DNA from: Eledone cirrhosa
Lineage: Eukaryota
NCBI GenBank assembly: GCA_964016885.1
Contig: OZ024740.1
Coordinates: forward strand, 173,600,001 to 173,664,000
DNA length: 64,000 nucleotides
Direction: 5' to 3'
The stretch's first letter is position 1, and each line of letters starts with the position of its first letter. The position numbers were made by a program, and so were the translations under genes. Under the pieces are notes generated by a model that saw only the letters and a list, made by a program, of their open reading frames with translations, had not been told where the DNA came from and did no database searches. Below are positions 26,017 to 40,264 of the stretch, one piece after another.

Positions 26017-29000
26017 CTTAGAAACATAAAAGGGACCACTATTGAAATATTCCAATAGCATTGGATAAGCTCCTAACCAAAATACCAGACCAACCAATGA
26101 TTCAAGGATACACTCAAGGAAGATCAGCTGCTATAAAATCAATTATAAACCAACTTCCAGCAATAAAATTACAACAAAATATAATTCAGTCAGTGCTCCA
26201 GCACAGCAGCAGTTCAACAAGTGAAACCATTAAAAGAATAAAAGAATGTGTATCCATATCCTTGTGTCATAAGAAGCATGCGAGCAAAGTGTAGGCTAAC
26301 CGGTGCTAGCTGATGGAGGGAAGAGTGACCTTAAGAGAAGCGAGTCTGGCAGTATTGTGGGGTATACTTGGCCTTCCATGTTGGCATGGCCGGGTGAGGA
26401 AAGAGGAATTCAGGCAAAAATTTTGCTGAGCAAGTGGGAGTAAGTACCAAGTCATGTGGTGGTCTTAGAAAGAGAGGGTGAGTTTCATTTGGCAATACAG
26501 TGGAGATGCATCTGTCTTTCTATTCTGGCATGAGTTAGGGATGTGAAGGAGGGGAAGATCAAGTATGTGGGGGAATAAGACTAGGTGGGTGAGGGAAAGA
26601 ATAGTGGGTATGGAAGGGGGCAACCTAATGTTATTACATCTTTCTGACCATACACACACACATATATCATCATCATCACAGTTTAACATGCATTTTCCAC
26701 ACTAGCATGGGTTAGGCGAGTTGTCAGATGAGATGACTGTGTCTTGCTCATACAGAACTGTTTCTGGTTTGGTTTCTACTGCTGGATGCCCCCTCTAATG
26801 CCAACTACATTTAGTGTATGTTTATATACACACACACACACACATTCACACGTACCATCATCATACACACACAATCTCATTCCATGTCTGCTTTCCTAGT
26901 CAATTCTTATTTGAAGTTACTGCCCTCTTTGATGAGTCATTGGACCACATTGTGCTGTTTTCTGGCATGATTTCCACAGCTGGATGTCCAACCTAACCCC
27001 AACTACTCTACATGGCCGAGGTGGAAATTAGGTGTTGCGGTAGAGGGTTGATGGTAAGGGATAGAGAGATGCAATGGTAACTACATGTTAATGGTTAGTA
27101 GGGGAGAGATAGTGACAGATAGCAACAGGGAACAGTGATGATAAGTGAGAGTGGTGGATGACATGCTCGTCTTATGCAGATAAAGAATATCTATGAAGAG
27201 TCTCGCAGAACAGAGAGAGTAATGGTACTGAATTTGGAAGAAAAAAAACAATGCCATACCATATTATATAGACGTCATGATGTGAGTTAGGTGCAGTGGT
27301 AGAGAGTTGACGGTAAGAAAGAGATAGTGAGCAGTAGTGTAATGTTAGAAGGGGTGATAATGATAATGAGCATGATGATGATGATGATGGGCTAAGGTAG
27401 AAGGCTTGAATACGGATAGACTGAATGCCCTCTCTCATTAGTCAACATGGTACAGTAGAGTTGGGGAATAGATGGGAGGGTAACAAATAGAGCAGTAGGT
27501 GGAGATAAAACAGGAGTACAGTGAGTGAGAGGCCCAATGATGAATTACACATCCAAGCCACCATTAGTAGCACTTATTCACCTTGCATGCACAAAGGTGC
27601 ACATCCCCACCAGTGTATCACTACTCACAGTTCTTTTATGACATCTTAGTGCAGGACAACTTATTGCGGTCAGCTATCATTGGTTTCTGTCTTCTTCAAG
27701 TTTCACTGATTTTGAAGATGCTAAGTAGCATCTTTACACAACTGATATTCTTCATATACATCACATGCCCAAACCATCATTCTTCTTTCTTGCACACTTC
27801 TTCCATGGAACCTTCCTAGCATAATTTTACTGGTGCTCTGACTGCTGACTACTCCTGTACACAAAATCTACCTTCACTGTAAACCTGCCTGCAATCCAAC
27901 TACAAATATTGTTTATCCATATTTTACATTGACTATATCATATGGAATTCCATATTTCATTTTAGCATATCAAGTACATCTTTATATTTAGTAAGTATAT
28001 TTCTAAGTTTACTCAGTTCTTTTGATTCTAAATTTTGTTTCCAGCACTTTCTTCTTAGGTATAAGGAGTTCCCATGGACAATCAGCCTTCAAATCCTCCA
28101 TAATGAGCAAGAGAAGACTGATGACTGAACCTTGATGAACACCTGCATGCACACTAAATTCTCCAGTGAACTCCTTGCCCACACATTTTTTCAAATCCTT
28201 AATGGCCATTTCAACCATATAACTGTTAGCCTCACTAAATTATTCCCCTGAGCCTTCTTCAGGCCAGTGAAGTCATACCGAATACACTTTTAAGTAACAT
28301 TTTGATTGTCCGACACCCTGCTTTGCAATCTAGAAATACCTCAAGTATTTGATACACTTAATGCAGAACATTGGCAAGACTCTTGCTTTCACATTTTACC
28401 CAAACCACGTAAACAACTAACTTCTCAACTTGATATTGTACTTTACTGCCCCATTCCTCCTGTTTGCCTACTATCTTTCATTTGCGACTCAAAGTAGGTT
28501 GACTCATAGAAACTTTTAATTGTCCTCTATGTCTAAGGCTCTATCTCTTCCATCTTCTCGTGATATGCATTACCTAGAACCTTCCTAAACTTGTATCTTG
28601 TGTGCGTATATGTATATACATACATCCTTACATTGTCTTTTTTTCATTCTTACATGGGTTGGATAGGTGTCCTCCAATACAGCTTTACTCAAATTGTTGT
28701 ATTACTTCTTTCATCTTTGTGAGGTTTAGCATTTCGAGATCAGCTTTCACCACTTATGCTCAGTCATTCTCTTCTGCAGCTTCCTTCCATTGGCAATTCA
28801 CTGATGCACACTAATGCTTCATGTCCAACAGAACATGCTCAATTCCTTTCTTGCAAACTTTTGCTAATCCTCTGCATTCACAGCCCACGTCTCACTACCA
28901 TGCAACAATGCATTTTGCATGGAGGCATCATACAATCAAGTTAAAAAAAGAAAATTTCTCTCTTGTCAATAGCTCCCTGAACTTTTTCCAGCCTGTTCTT

Positions 29001-30861
29001 ATACTTTCAATCCAACCTGCTCCACTGCTAATTATGTCAGAGATAAAAGCTACCTACAATTTTAGGGAACCTTCCCAGGACTGGAAAAAGTATTTCACTG
29101 GTGCTCTTACTAACAGCTATACCTATGCACCTGCTACATACAAAGTCAAGTTTTTATGTTGCTTGCCTACAATTCTAGATCTAATATATATACACACACA
29201 CACTATATATGAGTATACTAATTACACATATACAAACTACATTATTATGTGTGTGTATATTATATATACACATACCTACACACACACATATTACATATAT
29301 CTAGCTATATATATTAGCTACCTATCTATATTCATCTACTGAATTTGAAGGCATTTAAAATATGGAGTATTAAGAAAGAAAAAAAAACTGCCGACCAAAT
29401 ACCTTAACTTCGTATTAAACCCGGGTTATATTATTTAGCTACTTTTTAGAAGGGGGTTTATATATCATCAAATACGGTATATTTATTCATTAAAATTTAT
29501 ATCTATATACATTACATAACTGTTTATATATATAGAGAGAGATACATACACTATCTGCCTATATATATATATATATGCAGTATATCATATAATATATATG
29601 CACCAACACTATTAAAAAAAAACCTATGATGTAACATTAAAAATATGACGCGATAAACTTTAATGGCAAATGACGTCTATAAATATTTCTTGTTCAGAAA
29701 ATAAAGCGGTTAGCGAAACTAAAATAGAGAATTAATGAGAAAGTCATAAGATATTGATTAATATGAGCTCTATATGACCAAGACGTAGTTCGCCTTTCTT
29801 CAAAATTCGCTGTCATTAAAAAAGAAAACAAACAAATAAAAAAACATAAAAGACCGAAGTAGTAGTATATCCTTTCTTCACATTACAACAACCTAGATAT
29901 AGCTAATAAATTAAAATTTAAAAGGAATTTGAGTTAACGAATCTAACGCCTTTTTAAAGTTCCTTAACACCGAGTTTGTAAAGATTTCGTTAGAGAAAAA
30001 GGACAGAATGACACTTTCAAATACCAATTTCATATATTTCGAAATCATTTTGCTATAAATTATTTTTAAAAGTATTAATAGTTTTCAGAAAGTCTGGCAA
30101 TGACGTTATCTTACATCGGTTATATCGTAATAGTGATGGAAATTTGACACTTCACTATGATCAATCATCGTAAAAAGATAACATAAAAATATAACAGATG
30201 TTAAATGATGGTACAATCCCAAAGAATAAGCCAAAGAGAGAACCATAGTATTAAGGACCGTTCTTCGATTTTTTTATGGAAGCGGCTAAACAGAAAGTTA
30301 AAAAAATAAATAGTATCCTTACTTAAGATTATAATCTACATTGACGAAGAATACCACAAGATGTCTCACTTTCAATCAACATTAATCATGTTAGGGTTAG
30401 CAAAATGGAATTAGAATCTATTTAGAAATTAATTGAATTAGCTATTGGGATGAGTACTACAAGAAAATGGATAGAAGCAATCAGCAACTATCGACAAGGA
30501 AATACATAAATATACATGCATATATACACACACACCATTATATATATATATATATATATAAATCAAGTCTTGTAACCCACAACCGTATAGAATAAAACTT
30601 TATATTAGAATGATTTTGTGGTCCAATATTATATTGTTTAGGTAAAACTATAAGCCAAATTGTTTGCTGGAATGAAAGTAAAGGATGTATTTCAAAATGT
30701 TAAAGAAGACAAATTGTGGACGGTACCATAGAAAAGAGAAACATAAGAGACGGGCGGCAAAAGGAACGATAGTGACCGGTTCTTACAAAACAGCGATCAA
30801 ATGTGAAATGTTGCTTGTTTTAAATATAAAACCATTTGTAAAGATGATTAAAAATAAATAC

Positions 30862-30942
30862 CTGAACATCTTCATTTCTTAATTCATCAATTAAAACAGC
30901 AATCGGGTACAAGGATTCATCACTCTGTTCACTGGTCGCCAT
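30862..30942 (-). CDS. PPP2R1A: PP2A 65 kDa scaffold (A) subunit, coding exon 1 (MATSEQSDESLYPIAVLIDELRNEDVQ)
   Basis: Matches the conserved PP2A-A N-terminus (SLYPIAVLIDELRNEDVQ). AAAATGGCG start context, 81 nt, phase-0 donor CAG|GTATTT. Confidence 0.96.
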
Positions 30943-31450
30943 TTTCTTCAGTTCTGGTTGATACCCATGCATTTTTATGCAAACGAGATTTAATTTTGCT
31001 GTCGGCAATTTCGTAAAAATAACTCATTAAAATAGCAATAGACTATTTTTGAAAAATAATATCCTAATCATATTTTTATTTTTTGTTGAAATAAATATTT
31101 GGTATTCATAAGACATTTAAAAATAAAACAACTTTGTATACGAGAGTATCTATTTCTATGTTAATGAATGACTGAATAATATTTTTTCTCTCTCTTCACC
31201 GTATTTTCTATTCTCTGTTACAATGTAATATTTTCTTAATATAATTCGTGAAAACTACATTAAATTTGACCTACAATGGATCGGATATCTTTTTAATGAT
31301 TATGAAATTAATAGACTTGAGTTAGAGATTAATTTTATTAGTTTATGCTAATGGCAGATGACGTCATTTTGAAATTGTCTAAGCTGTCACGTTACATTCA
31401 AAATATTTGTGTATAACTTAGGAATAATTTTCGCAGTGGTTAGCAAATCA
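30943..31450 (-). promoter_or_regulatory. Probable 5'UTR/promoter of the PP2A-A gene with a palindromic CRE/ATF site (TGACGTCA, 31359-31366)
   Basis: Immediately upstream of the start codon; CpG retained locally; ATGACGTCAT palindrome about 420 nt upstream of the ATG. Confidence 0.45.
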
Positions 31451-32689
31451 ATTTTTAAGTGTATTAACTAACTATTTTTAATTAATTTTAAATGTATTAT
31501 TATTACTGATTTTATATATACATACACACACATATGTGTTTGTGGTGCAAACTTTGCCATATCTAAGGAACATTAATTTATGATTCTTTTTTAACCACAA
31601 ACTACCGCTTTAAAATTATTAATAAAATCTAGTAGATAAAACAATATATAAACCTGCGTTGTTAAAGAATTTACCTATACAATTGAGAAATGAAGTGTAT
31701 ACGAGAAAACCACTATTTTCTTTTTTTTATTTATATTTTAAGATCGAAGGCTTAACGTGTTTTTTTTTTTTTTGTTGGGAGACTAGAAATATTGATATTT
31801 TACTCTGGTCAAAACATCGTGTTTATAATTGTAAATTATAGTGTGATGTTCATACCTTTTTCGTGAACAATAACTGTTAAAATTGTTAAAACTTTAAATC
31901 GAAACCGCAGCACCGACTTGACCTGCCGGTAACTTATCGACAGTTACCAGAAACTGGGAAAATTGATTTATTAAGACTGAAAGCTATAAGTTTATAAATT
32001 GAAAGATTAAGGCAGTGTTACGTCCATGTCGTTCACAAGTGTATTAATGATTTAGGCAATGTGAATTACTGTAACTTACACTAAGAATCTAAACCGGTAC
32101 ACGAATTCACTTTCTCCGGAAGCATACCTCTGTTAAAGTCGATATTTGTTAGGAAATCCTTTTGTAAACGATGCTGCTGCAAGAAAATACCTTTTTTAAA
32201 AACCTAAAATAAAAACAATAGTTGCAATAAAAAAACCCTCTCCAATAATGACATTTTTTATTGTGTTCAGATTGCTATGGACCAGGCTTAAACTTACAAT
32301 AAAAATAAATTGATGCGGAAAACACATTTCTGCTAGATCGCATGCCAGTTTCAATTCCTACATGGACCTATTTTATTTAAGTTTATGTTTATTTAATACT
32401 CTTGTAAAGAGCAAACGTCACAACAAAATATTTCAGGTTTGATGTCTATACAAAAATTAATTTCATTATTTTTTTCATAGGCATATAGAATGGTGAAACG
32501 AATTCTCAATTAGCATTTCGTTTCGCTACTATTTGGGGTTGACATAAACGCTAGAAACCCGAATTTTTTTTTTATCATTATCGTAACTATTCTTGGTCGA
32601 GAGATGCGCGCGTGTGTAATCTTCTAAATTCAAATCGAGTTCAATAGCTATTGCCAAACTTTCAATTTAGTGCAGTTCAACCTTCATAC

Positions 32690-33420
32690 GGATTGAGTTT
32701 TCCCTGGACCGTCTTGCCTGCCGCTGTTCTACCTCGCAGACAAACAGCAGTGCATGGTTCAATTCAGTGCTTTCCTCATCAACTGGTACAGTTTATGATG
32801 ATGAATGCACCCGCAACAGTGGCCTACTGCCATGATCTCCGCGTGTGTAAGTCACATAAATGCTGGTTGTGGAACCATGGTCGATGAGTTTTGACTACAT
32901 CCGTCATTGCTGTCACACTGCTGGTCGGTGCCCTTGGCATGCCGCTTTAAACGACGTCATCAGAAAGTCTTGACGCAGGCGGTTTCCCATTACAATTGGA
33001 GCCAGCAGGCATCGACCGTATTTATGGTAAGCTCAAACGAGATAACTCTCTTTACATTCGGGGGAGGTAAATCTCTAAACTGGCACAACACGTTCTCCGC
33101 TTCCAACCTTGTCGTGTCCTTCACAATTCCGGACACTTCCACCCGTAATGCGGAGGGGAGGCAGTTAACCAAATACGGGAATATGACTGACCACTTCTTT
33201 TTCATGCCGGTCGCCTCGCCGTCGAGACCTCTGTTGTCCTCGGTCCCGAATTGCCGCTTTCGGAGGAGTGCATCCCGCCCGAGGAAGAAGCCCCGTGAGG
33301 AGGAGTGGTTGGTGCAGCGGATGTCACTGGCTGTGCTCCACGGCAATGTTACCGCCATGTTGTTCGTGGGGCGCAAGACAGAAGACAGCGGTGTAGAGCC
33401 AGCTCACCCCCCCCCCCCCC
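32690..33420 (-). mobile_element. Possible degenerate Ty3/Gypsy gag remnant (GC-rich island)
   Basis: FPYLVNCLPSALRVEVSGIV resembles Gypsy gag N-terminal motifs; bounded by a C-run. Weak similarity only. Confidence 0.3.
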
Positions 33421-35017
33421 ATGTTATTACAAATACTATATAATCCAACTGAAATACCACCTTAGTAAGCTCTGATAATAGACATTTAGATTAGCTACTC
33501 ATGTCGCTGATTAACCAGTAAGTTGATTGTATTGCTAGGTAAAATTCAGAGATATATTATCTTTACAATGTCAATTCTCGGTGTTAGACAATAATTTGAT
33601 AGCTTGCTCTCAATTTAACTTTAGTAACTGTATAAACATTAAACTCTTCCCTATGTTGCAAAATGTTTAATTATTTTCTTTCGATATATTCTATTTATTT
33701 ACTATCTAAGGAAAAAGAACTACACTAGTTAATTTTGGCCAACACTTTACGTTCTTTGTTCTTTCATGCAAACCTGTTGAATACCATTAAACCTACTGGC
33801 GACATCCGTTCCACTGCAGAGCTTGTCAATAGTCTTCTGTCGCCTATCTTCAGAATTCGCCCCAGTCCAGCTAGAGGTTAATATTAAATTAGGGCATGAA
33901 GTAGCTGCCCAGGCAACGGGAATATTCTGAGGCCTTCAAAATGATTATCAAACTTCCCCTAAACAGCGCTTTAAACCCTTTTGATAATCAACCCGCCATT
34001 TTAAAGAATATTTCGTCATGTTACACATACAATACTGAAGCAATAATTATGTTAGTGAATCCCTCCTAATTTTTCATTAATTAATTCGGATTCAGTGTAT
34101 TTCATTAGAAATATGGTAATGACAAGGTTAATTCAATTAGGCGCGATGTAACCCACATTTCAGCGAGAGAGATGCCTCCAGTGCATTTAACACTTCGCTT
34201 GACACACATATTGGGATTCCTCTCAGTTCTTTAGTAAACAGCGCAGCTTTTCTACTTCAGGACGACCATTTTCGTCCTGCGTTCGTATTACTGATATTGC
34301 TTAGAGGGGGACTGATTTGATGATAGTCAGGCTCCTCGATACAACGAAGTTAGTGACTGGGAAATTTAATCGTAGATGTTACAAGTTGACGGTTCTGAAT
34401 GTGACGGACCAATTTGTAGGAAGTATTAAACTTACTTTGGAATCACTTGAACAGGTTGCATTGTCCAAACGATTTGGAGGTGTGTATTTACGTAAATGTT
34501 CTATCTCACCCATGTTTCTTTTCTATTCAGGCTTGCTTCTCTTTGGAGTAATGACACAGACTAATATAAACAGGGGAGTGGATGAAACTCTATTACTGTG
34601 AAGGAGGCTTAGTTTGTTAGTTACAGAGCAGGGTAACATGACTCAGAGAGTTTGGGACAATTTACAGTCGAAATATATTTCGGCTCTCTTTTTATTCAAT
34701 CTAATCAATATTCGGGGTATCACTAAATTTTCACCGAACTGGGTTGCCACCTTGCCTTAGAGCGAACATTCGTCGCTTACTTAGACCGGATGATCTCTGC
34801 ATCTCAATCGTTCTTAAAGTCAGAGCAGATATACGTGAGGAAATGAGTTGTCTTAGCTAAATGAGTCATGGTCTATCACTTACAGAATAATTTCTCCCGG
34901 TTTAAATGCATGCACGTTATCTGTTTGTTTGGTTTTCTTCTCTTTACTGGCGGTCATATATATGCTTGCACACACTTGACTCTGCAACGCATTATTCCAT
35001 TTACTTTGCAAAATTGT

Positions 35018-35460
35018 TGTATAAATTTACAGTAGAATAACGTTACAAATATGTTTAAAATATATACATAAATAGCATAACAAATGCGTAAATAACACCA
35101 AATATTACTCGCAATTCGTTCAGACAAATATGTCTAAACTGTATAATAACACTAATATAAATACATGAACAAAAATGATAAAGGAAAGAAAAAAGGAAGG
35201 GGGGTGCAATTCACCACCAAGCGTGACAATCTGCAACACCTCATTTGAGGGTTAACTGCACACTTTCTGGCAAGCCAACACGCTCGCAGCATTACCACGG
35301 GTGATGGCGAGGCTAAGGCGCTGAAATAACCAGGTACCCTCACGGGCAGCACCTGACACCTCAGTAAGGCGAGCCGCCAGTGATGACAAGAACTTCGCTG
35401 TCAGAGGCCGAACGTCTCGAACGCCACAGGCTGGAAAAAATAATTGTTTGATAAGTCCAT
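35018..35460 (-). mobile_element. Shorter copy of the same CRE-like element (AT-rich segment also inverted at ~40863-41003)
   Basis: Shares cgggtgatggcgaggctaaggcgctg, acgtctcgaa..ccacaggctg and the AT-rich tail with the 36 kb copy. Confidence 0.7.
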
Positions 35461-36057
35461 GTTTATTTCTACGACATATTCAACTGATTTTGTAAAACAA
35501 AAATTAATATGAACATTGTCATTAACATTAAAAGAAATTTGCCTTGATTGATATTGTAAATTAAGATGTTATACTCCATGCGGAATTCTAAAATTTATAT
35601 TCACGAACCACATCATGTGTAATTATCATCATATTATTATATCAACAATATTGGAAGAGGTCTATTTTTGTTGGTGTGTAGGAAATTATATATAGAAGGA
35701 TAAATTACAAATAATTCATCATCATTGTTAACTCTACGCATAAAATAACTTCCTACTATTAATTACCTGACGTTCGAACAAACCTACAATTAGTGACCTG
35801 AAAACATTCGAACAAACATTTTTCTGATTAGACAAATGTTTGTTTTTACGACATAGCACATATTTACATGTTTTAAGTGATTGGGTAGCATGTTTGTTTA
35901 CAATCTTATAAACATTTTTCTACAGCTTTGATTAAGACTTCAAACTTTTTAATCTGTGTTCAAATTTTCTGTTATCACTATGATAACTACGTCATTTTTT
36001 AATCAGTTGTAAACTTTATATATATATATAGGGTCGGAAATTTATCATACAAAGCAT

Positions 36058-36900
36058 ATAAATAAATTTACAGTAGAATAACATAACAAACATGTTTTAA
36101 ATATATACATAAATAACATTACAAATGCTTAGATAACATTATAAATTGCTCGCGATTCTTTCAGAAGGATATATTCTTTTAATGTTGCAATATTAAAGAA
36201 AATGTAAAGGAAGGGGTGAACAACCGAGCCAACACCAGAGCAAAAGACAGCAGCGTCGCGAGGAGTACCGGGCAACCTTTCTAATGATTTTTTTAGGCAA
36301 GCCAGCACACTCGTAGCGTTGCCTCGGGTGATGGCGAGGCTAAGGCGCTGGAACAACCAAGCGCCCTTGCGAGATTCGCCAGTGAAGAGAGGAATCTCGC
36401 AGTCAGCGGCCCGACTTTCCCAAACGTCTCGAAAGCCACAGGCTGAAAAATGTAGCTGGCCGACAGATCACAGTATTTGAGGGTCTTACTCCGCTCGGCT
36501 GTGGCTCTCGCCCTAACCGCAGCATCCAGGATGTGGGAAGAAGCAAGAGTCACTAACAGTGACGTCCCAGACAAGGTACCTGCCTCTCGACCAGGGGCAC
36601 AGGGTAAGGCCGTCAGGTCTTTTGCCGTCACTTCTGGACAACCCAGATGGTTCTAAGATTGAGAGGATGTTCGCCCGGGCCAAAGTTCTCTTGAGAATGA
36701 GGTTTAGCTCCGTGTGACGCGCGAAGCGGCCGGCATTCAGGCGGCAAGAAAGACCGTGGAGTCGAGGAGTTTGCCGCATCGGCACCTCAAACCCATACAG
36801 ACGTCAGCTCCCACTCTGAGGGCGATGGAGACACGAAGTTTGTTCAGGCTGAGTAGGCCACCAACGTTGGCCACGGGTAGGGCATCAACCCAGTCGCCTA
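36058..36900 (-). mobile_element. CRE-like non-LTR retrotransposon 3' part with restriction-like endonuclease
   Basis: HGLSC...GRFARHTELN, DGKRPDGLTLCPWSRG, FQPVAFETFG and FQRLSLAITRGNA across frameshifted ORFs; AT-rich downstream segment repeated elsewhere. Confidence 0.75.
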
Positions 36901-37751
36901 AACTAAAATCTATTTTCCTCCTTTCTGTTTTCCCCGTTAACTTCAGAGGCTAAACTTATACCTCTGTTACAATTTTGTTTCAATCAATAATAACAGTATC
37001 CAACAACCATGCAGAAATTATCAGTCATAAGGAACATTAACCAATTTAACAACCACATAGCTTTACGAGCATTTCAACTGTTAATATGATTTATTGCCTG
37101 TCCAATTTTAGTCTGTTTCATATAACACACACATTAACATAGGTACTGGCGCAATGTACGCGGCTACTTAGTTATGCTGCCGAACAGCAGAACTTTTGCA
37201 ATCTGCAGTTTTTACCTTTAGAAAGCCAAACAATAAACAAAAAGTCACGCGTGTACTGTCTTGTCACGGTGTTTTTTTTATCACTAACAGTATATGAAGG
37301 TTAAATTATCAATTCAAATAAAAGTAGTATACTTAATGTAATATGCCAAGAATTTTAATTAATTAAAATTACACTTGTAATGAAGAGTTTAATAGTTACT
37401 TCTGATCAAGAAAGACCGGGGAATCAGCTTAGAATTTAAATTAATTAAAACAAAATTGCTGCGGAGAGTGAGTCTTATAATGGGCAATACGGTGACAACT
37501 TTGGTTATATTTCAGTCTTATTAGATTTTATCAGTGAAGCATAATTTAACTGGTACTGCCTGACCTAATATAACTAGAGTGGTATTCATTAAAAAAGAAA
37601 AATCACAACGCTACTCAATGTTTATTCTCTAAAATTCTATGCACCTCTTTAGTATTCTTAGGTCTGACAACGGCAGCAAAGGTCTAATAAGACCGAAGCA
37701 TGTTCAGAATTGTCACCGCACTGCCAAACCAGACCCACTCCCCACTACATT

Positions 37752-38210
37752 TCTTCTTTGCCCACTTGTTCTTGAGAGGGTCGTGGGGGTATATACCTCA
37801 AACACTCCCTCCTGCGGGTCCTATCAGAAGCAACCACTCCAACTGATCCGGCTGGATCCCCAAGTATGACCAGCCAAGATCATGGATGTTATTCTATCAT
37901 CTTGCTCTGGGCCTCTTGCCAGAGGGTTTTGCCAGTAAAAATCTGTCCAGCGATTTTTCACTGAGATATTCTAATCACATGTCCATAGTATCGGAGCTGT
38001 GATCTCTCAATTCGGAAAAGTAGCGGCTCTACCTGGAGTGACTCTCTGATCTCCGAGCTACGCACTTTATGGCGTAACGTTACTCCAAAGATTCTTCAGA
38101 GGAATCCCATTTCGGCCGCTTGTATTCTTTCGGTCATTACCCAAGATCCATGACCATAGGTAATGTTTGGCATGAATACTGAAGTGAAGATAGCGAGTTT
38201 GGCTTTTATG
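37752..38210 (-). mobile_element. Second RTE-like LINE family, 3' fragment
   Basis: Reverse complement of 39770-40063, extending into LTYGHGSW...RIQAAEM-type RT C-terminal coding. Confidence 0.75.
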
Positions 38211-39160
38211 CCCCCCCCCCCCCCCTTCTTCTGATTACTGAAGCATTACTACACCAGCTTTTACAATTCATTTTATCAATTTAAATTCCAAAATTATAAA
38301 ATTAAAAATCAATAATTTAAATTCTGGGATTGTCCCCCACACCTTTCTTGACCCTTATCATTAAGCTAATAGTTTTTTTGTTTCCTCAGTATGTGTGTAA
38401 CTTTAATCAATTATAGTTTTTGGGTTCCTGACATTAAATTCGTTAGCACCCACTTCAGCCAGGCTAGAGTAGAGTCACAAGTCAGTATATGAGATTATAT
38501 GTAGCTACCAGCTTGCAGACACATCAGCAAAATCTTCAAGAAACAAACAGGCTTAAATTTCCAAATCATTGAACAATAGTTTTTCAGCTAGTCAAGGGGT
38601 TAATTGAGGGTTCGGCTACGGTCAAGAGGTAAAAAATCCTGTACTTTTCCATAAAAAAAGAAAGAAACTATTAAACTCGTTGTTGATGTATGTTCTCGAT
38701 AACAGGATAGGGACAAAAATATATTTAAAAAATCCACATAGTAAAAAATAAAACAGTAAAAAACAAAACAAAATCTATTTACAGTTTTTAATAGCTAACA
38801 TTATTAAATGTAATTTACCTGATAAAGAATAATCTAAAACTATATAAGCATCAACATTTACCTTAGGTTATATGAAAAAAGAAGACTATTTACTATGTGA
38901 GGGATTGTCTTGCAGGGTGGGAATTTTGTCCTGAGCCTTAAGATAACTAAGTCTTACTCTCAGTTCCAAATTCCCTTCAATTATGTTACTAACTTACTTT
39001 ATAAAAGACCTGAAAATCACATCTTTTATTTCATCTTTTATTCCATATTTAGTTGTATATATTGCCCAGAGACTTAATTTGAGATGGAGTCTTAAAATAG
39101 AAGTAACTAATTCGTGGATGGGTGGTTGAAATTAATCTTCCACCATGTAATTGTTTCAGA

Positions 39161-39505
39161 TTAATTGTTTCTACTTTTGGCACAAGGCCACCAAATACCC
39201 AGTGCATTACTGGTACTTTATTTTATCGACCCCGTAAGGATGAAAGGCAAAGTCAACCTCGGCGGGATTTGAACTCAGATCGTAAAGGGACGTAACTATG
39301 CTGGAAAGCATGGCGTCCGACCCTCTACCGATACTAATGTTGGAAAATATGGCTTGTAGTTTTACATACTGAGTTCAAATCCCGCCAAGGTTAACTTTGC
39401 CTTTCATCCTTACAGGGATCGATAAAATAAAGTACCAATAATGCACTGAGGTCGATTTAATCGACTTTCCCCTTCCCCCAAATTGTTCTAAATCAGAAAC
39501 AATTA
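39161..39505. mobile_element. Two head-to-head copies of the same SINE (39161-39335 minus; ~39369-39505 plus)
   Basis: Both match the 1753-1942 family, in opposite orientations. Confidence 0.8.
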
Positions 39506-39769
39506 TTTGTAGTGATATATTTTGAGTGAAACAGTAGGATAGTTTATGCTTGCCACGGATGTTGTCCCACGAATGTCAATTCAAATCCGAATTGACTTTG
39601 TTTAAGCTTGACAAAATAAATACAACAAAGACGCTAGAAGTATTTTTACAGACTTCTATGGGGAAAAACGCCGTTGAGGGTTAAAAAACAACAACAACAA
39701 AAAAACTGAAAAAAGCTTTCAAGTAAATGTGTTTTTAGTTTCGTTCCTCTACTTTTGACTTATCGTTTC

Positions 39770-40063
39770 ACTCCAGGTAGAGCCACTACTCCGAATTGAG
39801 AGATCACAGCTCCGATACTATGCGCATGTGATTAGAATGTCACAGGAAAGAATTGCTGGACAGATATTATGGGCAAAACCAACTGACAGGAGAGCCTGGG
39901 GTAGACCCCGAGCAAGATGGTTGAATAACATCCATGAGCTTGGCTGGTCTCGCTAGGGAATCCAGTCGGATCAGTTGGAATTGGTTGCTTCTGACAGGAC
40001 CCGCTGGAAGAAGTGTTTGACGACTCTACCCCCACGACCCTCTCAGGAATAAGTGGGCGAAGA
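39770..40063 (+). mobile_element. Second RTE-like LINE family, 3' fragment
   Basis: RIERSQLRYYAHVIRM...GRPRARW coding followed by the shared 3' UTR. Confidence 0.75.
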
Positions 40064-40264
40064 AGGTAGATAGAACAAAATCATTATAATTTAGTGCATA
40101 TGTTTGACGATGATAAAAGAAAATATAGAAGAAAATTATTGTAATTGATTTAAATGAATGTTAAATGAAATACAGCGTTGGCCGGAGTGACAAGAGAGAG
40201 AAGTTCAAGTAAAAATAAAGTAGTCAAGCATCTTTACATAGAAGATTGTAATGACAGAATTATT

